DNA of 64,000 nt from an uncultured virus (IMG/VR IMGVR_UViG_3300025305_000013) (lineage: Duplodnaviria > Heunggongvirae > Uroviricota > Caudoviricetes). Below the pieces are notes generated by a model that searched no databases, was not told the origin of the DNA, and worked only from the letters and a program-made list of their open reading frames with translations. Shown piece after piece: positions 1 through 6,483 of this stretch (within the stretch, counting starts at the first letter, position 1; the number at the start of each line of letters is the position of its first letter). Both the position numbers and the translations under genes were made by a program. The stretch is from IMG/VR virus record IMGVR_UViG_3300025305_000013; one strand, written 5' to 3'.

Positions 1-6
1 GACTTT

Positions 7-35
7 AGTATACCTTAGTTTAACCCTTAGGTAAA
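7..35 (-). promoter_or_regulatory. sigma70-like early promoter firing leftwards out of the window
   Basis: Minus strand TTTACC (35-30), 17-nt spacer, TATACT (12-7); AT-rich UP-like tract upstream. Confidence 0.7.
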
Positions 36-50
36 GGTTTATTTTAAGTA

Positions 51-118
51 CGCGCCGCCGCCCGCGCCGCCCGGTTTTACGCCGCCCGCGTTTTACGCCG
101 CCGCCCGCGGGCGTAAAA
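51..118. repeat. GC-rich direct/inverted repeat block between divergent promoters
   Basis: Repeated GCCGCCCGCG and TTTTACGCC units ending in inverted GGGCGTAAAA. Confidence 0.7.
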
Positions 119-133
119 TAAAGTTAAAAACCC

Positions 134-162
134 TTTACTTAACGGCTAAGTTAAAGTATACT
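134..162 (+). promoter_or_regulatory. sigma70-like early promoter
   Basis: TTTACT(134-139)-N17-TATACT(157-162), A-tracts upstream, in front of ORF 249. Confidence 0.8.
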
Positions 163-248
163 AGGGTTAGTTAGGTTAATAACTTACTACCTAACTAAAT
201 AAAACTAAATAAACGTAAGTAACTAAAGTTAGTATAGGTATTAATACT

Positions 249-473
249 ATGGAAACTAAAAGTAAGGCTAAAGCCGTAAAAGTTAATTACGGCGGGCTTA
301 ACCCTAAAGCGGTTTATACCGCTACCGGTAAAATAGCCCGGGCTACCCATAACGCGGAGCGGCATACCGCGTTAAACGGTAAAACGGTAAAAGCGGCGCT
401 AGCTACCCGGTTAGTTAACGCCCAGGACATAAAGTACGACTTAGCTAAAGGCTTTATTACTTTGGAGGGGTAA
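249..473 (+). CDS. small basic early protein, DIKYD-family paralog 1 (putative DNA-binding)
   Basis: 74 aa with promoter and terminator; shares ARAxHNxERH...DIKYDLAKGFI with 1155 and 6550 ORFs. Confidence 0.85.
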   Translation: METKSKAKAVKVNYGGLNPKAVYTATGKIARATHNAERHTALNGKTVKAALATRLVNAQDIKYDLAKGFITLEG

Positions 474-483
474 TAGCCTAACG

Positions 484-511
484 GCCCGGGCTTAACCGCC
501 CGGGCTTTTTT
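484..511 (+). terminator. rho-independent terminator
   Basis: GCCCGGGC-ttaacc-GCCCGGGC followed by T6. Confidence 0.85.
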
Positions 512-532
512 ACGCCTAAATTTCGTGTTGAG

Positions 533-715
533 AAGCCGCCGCTAAAGCGGCGTAGCCCGCGGGCTACGCCTAGTTTTATTTAATTACGGTGGCACGGCTT
601 ACCCCCTTAGTAAACTATAAGCTACCTATTTAAGCTAGCTAGTAGGTAGGTAATACTTAACCTTAATTTATATATTAGGGTATTAGGTTTTTATTACCTA
701 CCTAACTAACTAACT
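533..715 (-). ncRNA. candidate early non-coding transcript
   Basis: Downstream of minus-strand promoter 750-722; 13-bp stem TAGGTAGGTAATA/TATTACCTACCTA; GC hairpins at 533-570; only a 3-codon ORF. Confidence 0.35.
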
Positions 716-721
716 AAACTA

Positions 722-750
722 AGTATACGGTAACTAGTACTAAAAGTAAA
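722..750 (-). promoter_or_regulatory. sigma70-like early promoter
   Basis: Minus strand TTTACT(750-745)-N17-TATACT(727-722), A-tracts upstream. Confidence 0.75.
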
Positions 751-851
751 GGTTTATTTTAACTTATTTTACCGCTACGTTGCGATCACATTGCGATGGC
801 ACTATAAGCCTACCAAAATCGCACGAGGTCCTGCGAAGTCTTATATACAAG

Positions 852-917
852 TAAGAGGGAACGTGGTTACAGATAAGAGGGAACGTGGTTACAGATAAGA
901 GGGGACATGGTTACAGA
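852..917 (+). repeat. 22-bp tandem repeat x3
   Basis: TAAGAGGGAACGTGGTTACAGA x2 plus one variant copy. Confidence 0.9.
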
Positions 918-1018
918 CACGACGTATCACCGAGGTATCCGCGAAGTTTCACCGAAGCATCCGCGAAGTTTCACCGAAGCATCCGTGAGGTATCACCGAG
1001 GCGTCCGCGAAGTTTCAC
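917..1018 (+). repeat. second 22-bp tandem repeat, about 4.5 copies
   Basis: CCGCGAAGTTTCACCGAAGCAT at 939 and 961, variants at 917, 983, 1005. Confidence 0.9.
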
Positions 1019-1080
1019 TATACTAGCTACCCAGTGAAATGATCTTGCGATCATACTGCTAAAATAAAATAAACTAATGC

Positions 1081-1109
1081 TTTACTTTTATACTAGGGTT
1101 TAGTATAAT
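1081..1109 (+). promoter_or_regulatory. sigma70-like early promoter
   Basis: TTTACT(1081-1086)-N17-TATAAT(1104-1109); UP-like AAAATAAAATAAA upstream. Confidence 0.85.
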
Positions 1110-1154
1110 GTCTATAATTAGGTAATAAAGCCTAATTAATATCGGAGAACGGTA

Positions 1155-1394
1155 ATGTCACAAAGTAAAAAAACAACTAGTAAGGTAAAAGTGTCAGAAG
1201 TAAAAATTAATTTAGGCGGGCTAAACCCCGATCAAATTATTCTGGCAACGGGTAAGTTAGCGCGGGCCCAACATAATGTCGAACGTCACACGGCGTTAAA
1301 CGGCATGTCAGTGCGAGAAGCGTTAGCTAGTCGCATGGTTAACGCCCAAGACATTAAGTATGACTTGGCACGCGCGTTTATTATTCTGGAATAG
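1155..1394 (+). CDS. small basic early protein, DIKYD-family paralog 2
   Basis: 79 aa, GGAG RBS; co-linear with ORF 249 (GGLNP..ATGK.ARA.HN.ERHTALNG..V..ALA.R.VNAQDIKYDLA). Confidence 0.85.
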   Translation: MSQSKKTTSKVKVSEVKINLGGLNPDQIILATGKLARAQHNVERHTALNGMSVREALASRMVNAQDIKYDLARAFIILE

Positions 1395-1405
1395 GGTAAT
1401 AAAAC

Positions 1406-1439
1406 GGGCCGGGTGGCACTAGCCGCCCGGCCTTTTTTT
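1406..1439 (+). terminator. rho-independent terminator
   Basis: GGCCGGGTGGC-acta-GCCGCCCGGCC then T7. Confidence 0.85.
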
Positions 1440-1449
1440 ACGCCCGTAA

Positions 1450-1940
1450 GTTGCGATCGCAACGATGATCCCATTAGACCTCCGGCCACAGTCCACGAAC
1501 CCTACTCCGTGGACCATGAACCAGAGGAAACCTGTTTACAGAGGTTTTTCTATGAATCATGAGCAAGAGATGATCACATTGTGATCACACTGGGATTACA
1601 AGGATGATGGCAGTGCGATCAAAGTCCATGGACCATGGTTTACATCACAATGGGAGAAGATAGAGGGACCATGGTTACCATGGTTCATGATTCATGGCTC
1701 AAGATCACAATGCCATCCCCCCTATTACAATAAATACAACTAATAGGATTTGGGGCATAAATCATGGTTCATGGCTTGTGGCCGGGGGGTTTTTTAACCG
1801 AGGTCCGTGGCCGGATCAAAAGTTAGTTCTATATATACGTCCTCAATTTCTAGAAGTCATATACTAAAACTCGCTTACATGCTTTATCACAGCTATCGGA
1901 GATGACCATCCCCGTACCATGAACCACAGTCCATGGTCAC
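1450..1940. other. non-coding CATG/GATC-dense block
   Basis: About 13 CATG and 7 GATC counted by eye; no ORF; lies between converging transcription units. Confidence 0.65.
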
Positions 1941-2106
1941 TATTACCTGCCAAAAGCCAATAGGTCGCTAATAGGTCAGCCAATAACCCACAAATAGCGA
2001 CCAACCACACGGACTCCAGACAAAAAGCTATTACCTTATTGGCAAAAAAGAAATTTTTTGTGAAAACAAAACTCTATTTTTCGCTCCACTACTAATAGAA
2101 GCAGCG

Positions 2107-2535
2107 TTATTCACCACTCCAAGCCCATCGCGAGGTATTTTCAGGCAGAGGAACCTTAAAATATTCAGTAGGAGCCGACGCCAGTAGGCAACCATATAAA
2201 GACATAGCTAAATAAAAGTATTCACCACTGGTTGATTGAGCAACTTCGAGAATACTATACGAACTACCGTCAGACACAGGAAAGTTACAGCTGTCATAGA
2301 TAGTATACCACTTTTCTTCACCGTTTAAGTCTTTCAGTAACTCTTCAAGATGTTTCTCATCATGCCCTTCACACTCACTGAAATGATAGCCTATTTTGAC
2401 ATGATTGCTGAGATGACTTAATATAGGTTTTAATACCGCAAGTACCCTTTGAGTTTCTGAGTCTTCTTTCTTATCCGAATCTTCTAGAAACTCGGATAAG
2501 CCGTTGTTTCTAAGTATATCTTCCTTACTAACCAT
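2107..2535 (-). CDS. hypothetical protein, paralog of 3156..3575
   Basis: 142 aa, GGGGAG RBS, behind repeated promoter motif. Confidence 0.75.
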   Translation of the reverse strand: MVSKEDILRNNGLSEFLEDSDKKEDSETQRVLAVLKPILSHLSNHVKIGYHFSECEGHDEKHLEELLKDLNGEEKWYTIYDSCNFPVSDGSSYSILEVAQSTSGEYFYLAMSLYGCLLASAPTEYFKVPLPENTSRWAWSGE

Positions 2536-2543
2536 TTCTTTCT

Positions 2544-2604
2544 CCCCACTACTTATTTACCGTACCCCTATAGTAAGGTAGAAGTTAGTCCTTCCCTAGG
2601 ACAA
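2544..2604 (-). promoter_or_regulatory. repeated phage-specific promoter/leader, copy 1
   Basis: Minus strand TGTCCTAGGGAAGGACTAACTTCTACCTTA..ATAGGGGTACGGTAAATAA..GTGGGGA. Confidence 0.75.
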
Positions 2605-2616
2605 TTGCAGTTATTG

Positions 2617-2871
2617 TTACCATAATCCTCCATCGAAGTCGAGTTCAACGTTGTACAGTTTCTCTATGGCAAAGCCTAAACTGCCAGTATAGTCAGGGCC
2701 ATCTCCGACAAACCAGCCACTTCCACCATGATACTTCTTATAGATGTCGTCTTTCACCAATTTAACATTAAAGCACTCACCATAATCCTCAGAGTGCTCC
2801 ATGATTTCTCGTAACTTTTTATTGGGACCCCCATGGTCCTCAATAATTCTTATTAGATCAAATTTATTCAT
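2617..2871 (-). CDS. hypothetical protein (start reassigned to MNKFDL)
   Basis: ATG at 2871 overlaps the end of ORF 2864..3073; the longer call overlaps that gene extensively. Confidence 0.65.
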   Translation of the reverse strand: MNKFDLIRIIEDHGGPNKKLREIMEHSEDYGECFNVKLVKDDIYKKYHGGSGWFVGDGPDYTGSLGFAIEKLYNVELDFDGGLW

Positions 2872-3073
2872 AAACCCAACACTCCCCGTTAGTCCACGTG
2901 CCGATATGTACACCGGAGCCGTTGTAATAGAGCGTAAGCCAGTTTGCAGCCCCCGTTCTTTCATCCCAGTCCAAAATTGTATCGGACGTATACCCCCGTT
3001 GACCACTTATACGCTTGGACAAGTAGTCTTCAAAGGTTGTTTTACTTTGCTTGGGTTGGTGTTTTGTTTTCAT
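2864..3073 (-). CDS. hypothetical protein
   Basis: 69 aa directly behind promoter copy 2 with GGGGA RBS. Confidence 0.7.
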   Translation of the reverse strand: MKTKHQPKQSKTTFEDYLSKRISGQRGYTSDTILDWDERTGAANWLTLYYNGSGVHIGTWTNGECWVYE

Positions 3074-3081
3074 AGTTTAGT

Positions 3082-3145
3082 TCCCCACTATTTATTTACC
3101 GTACCCCTATATAATAAGGTAGAAGTTAGTCCTTCCCTAGGACAA
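3082..3145 (-). promoter_or_regulatory. repeated phage-specific promoter/leader, copy 2
   Basis: Near-identical to 2544-2604. Confidence 0.75.
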
Positions 3146-3155
3146 CTCCTATTAT

Positions 3156-3575
3156 TCATTTAGCGACCCTCACAAACTGCGTATCAGCAGAAGCAAAGCT
3201 ACTGCCATGTAGACTAATGGCATAGTAAGTATAGTCTTCGGTTGACGTAGTTGTTATGATGTTATATCCACCAGACTTATGGTAAAAATCAAGAGGAGTA
3301 CGGTAAACTCTCTTCCATTTATCATAAGTAAATTCAGGTATATCTTCAGGCTCGCCATGCTCGTGAAATCCTATTTCACTAAAGTAATAACCGTATTCTC
3401 CAGGAATAAATAGTTTAAGCATATCGTGAATAATTTGCTGTTCCTTATTATATAGGGAGTAATCTTCCTCCTCTACCCACATTTCTTCCATGAATAAACC
3501 TTCTTTGGCATCGCTGGGTATTATCTCCCATCCGTCGACAATAATTCCATAGGTACTTACTAATTTATTAGTCAT
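3156..3575 (-). CDS. hypothetical protein, paralog of 2107..2535
   Basis: Shared GY.FSE and Y.Y.A.SL.G...ASA.T....V blocks. Confidence 0.7.
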   Translation of the reverse strand: MTNKLVSTYGIIVDGWEIIPSDAKEGLFMEEMWVEEEDYSLYNKEQQIIHDMLKLFIPGEYGYYFSEIGFHEHGEPEDIPEFTYDKWKRVYRTPLDFYHKSGGYNIITTTSTEDYTYYAISLHGSSFASADTQFVRVAK

Positions 3576-3581
3576 CTGTGG

Positions 3582-3818
3582 TCACCATATAAGTACTGAA
3601 GGAGGTTCTTTTAACACAGCTCTCTCACGACCAAAGCTATCTAGAGCTGCTAACACAGTAACAGATTCCGCACATTTATCACAAGGAACTTTATCCTCCT
3701 TTGCGAGACCAATTGCGTGATTATTCCCCAGCATAGGTTTACCACAAAGAGTTACACCTGAATTAGGGCGGCTCCAGTGTTGCTGACCTAACCTTTTTGT
3801 CCATTCAAATACATTCAT
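3582..3818 (-). CDS. small putative Zn-binding protein
   Basis: H..TLCG..CDKC pattern; AAGGGGTG RBS. Confidence 0.65.
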   Translation of the reverse strand: MNVFEWTKRLGQQHWSRPNSGVTLCGKPMLGNNHAIGLAKEDKVPCDKCAESVTVLAALDSFGRERAVLKEPPSVLIW

Positions 3819-3834
3819 TGTTACACCCCTTAAT

Positions 3835-3893
3835 TCCCCACTATTTACCTTACCTATATATTATAAGTAAGAATAAATTCCTTCCCTAGGACA
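3835..3893 (-). promoter_or_regulatory. repeated phage-specific promoter, copy 3
   Basis: TGTCCTAGGGAAGGA...TTACTTATAATATATAGGTAAGGTAAATAGTGGGGA. Confidence 0.7.
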
Positions 3894-3897
3894 TATG

Positions 3898-4101
3898 TTA
3901 GTATTCTATATAGTCATACTGAAAGACTTTGCGTAGTCGTGGAAGAAAGCGAGGAGAGAGCTCATTTGAGTCCAACATATCTCGCACATCGTCGTATGAC
4001 ATATATTTAAGAGCACAGCACAGCACATGATGACTGGTCACTGTCCCCTCCTCGACCAGTTGTAGTGCATACTCACGTGGATATTCTTCAAAGTTTACCA
4101 T
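3898..4101 (-). CDS. hypothetical phage protein
   Basis: 67 aa, GGAGA RBS; LKYMS.DDVRDMLD.NEL motif common in small phage proteins. Confidence 0.7.
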   Translation of the reverse strand: MVNFEEYPREYALQLVEEGTVTSHHVLCCALKYMSYDDVRDMLDSNELSPRFLPRLRKVFQYDYIEY

Positions 4102-4112
4102 TTGTTTCTCCG

Positions 4113-4313
4113 TTATTTGTTATCTATTACTTCCCCATTAACTACAGGAATAGTGTCTAAGTACTCGTCCATGTCAAGATCAGCGATGATTAGATTTAGC
4201 TTCTTTTCTAGCTTTTGTTGTTCTAGACTGGTATGCGCATAACCCGCATATTTTAACGAGTGGGCCAATATCTCTAGTTCCCTACGATTAAGGCAAAGCA
4301 CTTGATCGGACAT
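4113..4313 (-). CDS. hypothetical protein (start reassigned to MSDQ)
   Basis: GAGG RBS before ATG 4313; avoids overlap with upstream gene. Confidence 0.6.
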   Translation of the reverse strand: MSDQVLCLNRRELEILAHSLKYAGYAHTSLEQQKLEKKLNLIIADLDMDEYLDTIPVVNGEVIDNK

Positions 4314-4323
4314 AGCAAAAACC

Positions 4324-4563
4324 TCAGTACCAATCTTCAGGATGAGCCTTAACTTCTGCAATCTCATTCAAGATATCTAATGCTCCATTAATCTTATCTC
4401 TGAGTATGCGGTTATGCTCTCGACAGTCACTAAAGTTTAGTTCATAGTTATATATGAGATGATCTATGTGCTCGAGTTCTGCTCGTCCTATATTTTGTCG
4501 CAGGTACTCGCGTTGATGAGTGGCTAGCTCATCTATTTTCATCAGATAATTTTGCTTGCTCAT
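4324..4563 (-). CDS. hypothetical protein
   Basis: 79 aa, GGGGGAG RBS, behind promoter copy 4. Confidence 0.7.
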   Translation of the reverse strand: MSKQNYLMKIDELATHQREYLRQNIGRAELEHIDHLIYNYELNFSDCREHNRILRDKINGALDILNEIAEVKAHPEDWY

Positions 4564-4589
4564 TTCTCCCCCTACCTTGCTAACTTTAA

Positions 4590-4628
4590 CGTACCCTAAT
4601 AATAAGGTAGAAGGCGGTCCTTCCCTAG
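4590..4628 (-). promoter_or_regulatory. repeated phage-specific promoter, copy 4
   Basis: CTAGGGAAGGACCGCCTTCTACCTTATTATTAGGGTACG. Confidence 0.7.
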
Positions 4629-4662
4629 CATATATGTTATTAATCTATAAGGAATTTTTACA

Positions 4663-4812
4663 TTAGTCAAGCTGTTGAAGTCGTTTTTTAACCGCCTTTT
4701 CTTCTTTTGAAACTTCCGCTAATGAAGACTCAAGTTCTTTTCGTTTAGTTTCCAGTTCTCTTTCTCGTTTCATCAAATCGATACTCAAGACTGCATTTTG
4801 TTCGTCTTTCAT
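4663..4812 (-). CDS. small coiled-coil protein (49 aa, not in ORF track)
   Basis: MKDEQNAVLSIDLMKRERELETKRKELESSLAEVSKEEKAVKKRLQQLD fills the gap. Confidence 0.55.
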   Translation of the reverse strand: MKDEQNAVLSIDLMKRERELETKRKELESSLAEVSKEEKAVKKRLQQLD

Positions 4813-4828
4813 TATATTTTCTTTCTTT

Positions 4829-5227
4829 TTAGTTGTCATCATTGGACACTCTTCTCCTTAAATCACTTGTGCTAAATGAATGTTTCCTACTTGTATAGAA
4901 AATCTCGTGTAGACCTTCACCTGTAAAACTTATATTTGTATAATCTTCACCCACAAACCTGATATCAATGGGTGTAGACTCTAACAGATCTATAAGGCTT
5001 TCTTCAGTGTCGTAGGGTATTATCTCATCAACGTATTTAACTGCGTTTAGTTGAACAAACCTTTCGTAAACTGATTGGACAGGTGGATTCTTTTCTTTTC
5101 TGTCAATTGATGGATCTGTTTGTAAACCTACAATTAAATAATCACAATTTTCTTTTGTTTCTTTTAACATCACTATATGACCAGCATGTAACAAATCAAA
5201 ACAACCACAGGTAAAACCTTTTATCAT
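4829..5227 (-). CDS. glycerol-3-phosphate cytidylyltransferase-like nucleotidyltransferase (TagD/RfaE-II family)
   Basis: GCFDLLHAGH (HxGH) motif, LIVGL..D, VKYVDEII, C-terminal STSDLR. Confidence 0.85.
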   Translation of the reverse strand: MIKGFTCGCFDLLHAGHIVMLKETKENCDYLIVGLQTDPSIDRKEKNPPVQSVYERFVQLNAVKYVDEIIPYDTEESLIDLLESTPIDIRFVGEDYTNISFTGEGLHEIFYTSRKHSFSTSDLRRRVSNDDN

Positions 5228-5367
5228 TTAAGCCAATGTTCCACTTTTTGTTTTCTAGTTAGTTTCTTTTCTAATGCGCTAGCGGTTTTTTCCCATTTAG
5301 GAAGAGATTCTGTTTCCATTAGCGCATTTCTTTTTCACTTTTAACTTTCATTAAACTTCTCCTTTTA

Positions 5368-5515
5368 TTACATGTAAGGAGTTGTGTACCTGGAGCATTT
5401 CCTCCACTGGAGCGATTACCGGCGTGCCCTACCACGCCGTGATGGAGTTTCCTGAATGAAGGTGGTTACCATGACCTTCAAACGAGCCTTTCCGTACACA
5501 ACTCCTTGCATGTAA
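5368..5515. ncRNA. candidate structured RNA / regulatory leader
   Basis: 22-bp closing inverted repeat (5368-5389 / 5494-5515, one non-canonical pair) enclosing three hairpins. Confidence 0.5.
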
Positions 5516-5516
5516 C

Positions 5517-5556
5517 AATAAAAAAGTGGAGTCGCGGGCATTACACCCCACTCCTC
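5517..5556 (-). terminator. probable terminator
   Basis: Minus strand GGAGTGGGG...GCCCGCGACTCCAC followed by T6. Confidence 0.45.
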
Positions 5557-5596
5557 TGCGGAAAAACTAGGTAAAAACCGCAGCAGCGTACTGTAG

Positions 5597-5788
5597 TTAG
5601 TTAGTTTCGACCGTCATAAGAGACAATCGAGTGGGGATAACTACAGTCGAGTTACAGGTATCGCAACATTGGCCTTCGGCCACGGGTTGCGCATTATTAC
5701 CGGTAGTCCAATAAATGTCCCCTTTGGGAGTCTTCTTGTGTTCAATATTCCCTGAGCAAAGTATGCATTTATGCACTTCTTTAGCCAT
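5597..5788 (-). CDS. Zn-finger phage protein
   Basis: CILC...GNNAQPV.EGQCCDTCN..VVIP.RL motif; start reassigned to MAKE with GGAGGGGG RBS. Confidence 0.75.
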   Translation of the reverse strand: MAKEVHKCILCSGNIEHKKTPKGDIYWTTGNNAQPVAEGQCCDTCNSTVVIPTRLSLMTVETN

Positions 5789-6095
5789 TACTCCCCCTCC
5801 TGGAACGACTGGGTCCAACACGTCGAGCTTGTATTATACTGATGCCGTACTTCTCGTACCTTGCAAGCAGCTTACTGTCAACGTCATGGTCAGTAACCGA
5901 AACAGGTGTCACACTATGAGTGTCATACCAAGCCGCTATACACGATCGTAAGGTATTAGTTATACCGACGTCTCTCCCTAATTCCTTTTCGAGCACTCCG
6001 CGAATTCTTGCAAGGTTACTGCAAACGTCCTCCGCTTTAACACCAATAGCGTAACTGGCGTCAGTCATGCCGTAATTTTTCATTTTTCTAGTCAT
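5781..6095 (-). CDS. hypothetical protein
   Basis: 104 aa, GGGGGAAG RBS, behind promoter copy 5. Confidence 0.7.
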   Translation of the reverse strand: MTRKMKNYGMTDASYAIGVKAEDVCSNLARIRGVLEKELGRDVGITNTLRSCIAAWYDTHSVTPVSVTDHDVDSKLLARYEKYGISIIQARRVGPSRSRRGSNG

Positions 6096-6100
6096 TTTTC

Positions 6101-6166
6101 TTCCCCCTATACTTATTTATTTATAACGTTAGCTATTTTATAAGTGATGGGTTATTTTCCCTAGGA
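6101..6166 (-). promoter_or_regulatory. repeated phage-specific promoter, copy 5 (diverged)
   Basis: TTCCTAGGGAAAA...CACTTATAAAATAG..TAAATAAGTATAGGGGGA. Confidence 0.55.
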
Positions 6167-6172
6167 ATAATC

Positions 6173-6433
6173 CTAATAATCTAAGGGTTTTTGGGGTAAT
6201 TCCGCGTATAAAACTGTCCAAAGAAAAATCCTGAATGGATTTTTAGTGCCATCTACTAAGAATGGACTTCCTTGTTTCCCTATCCGATATAGACGAAAAC
6301 GACCAGAAGATTGACGCTCATAGAAAAATTTTCTTCTTATCTTTATAGTCTCTTCCTTAAAAGGTGACAATCGGTTATCCGGGGCCGTACTCGACCTCTC
6401 CGAATTTCGGGCTCGCTGTTTCCCGATTGTCAA
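6173..6433 (-). CDS. hypothetical protein, start uncertain
   Basis: Open frame on the coding strand filling a gap; no clear RBS. Confidence 0.35.
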   Translation of the reverse strand: MTIGKQRARNSERSSTAPDNRLSPFKEETIKIRRKFFYERQSSGRFRLYRIGKQGSPFLVDGTKNPFRIFLWTVLYAELPQKPLDY

Positions 6434-6483
6434 GCCTCAAGCATTATCCCGGTGAGGCTGTTTTGGGTTCCGTTGCTCCGGGC

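Noticed and set aside
852..1018. CRISPR-like array
   Set aside because: Units are directly tandem with no unique spacers, and there is no cas operon; the PD-(D/E)xK gene at 14 kb is a standard phage exonuclease.
1286..1489. Minus-strand 67-aa ORF
   Set aside because: Antisense shadow of gene 1155 and its terminator.
5368..5515. tRNA or retron msr-msd
   Set aside because: No T-loop, anticodon geometry or CCA end, and it is too long for a tRNA; no reverse transcriptase in the window.
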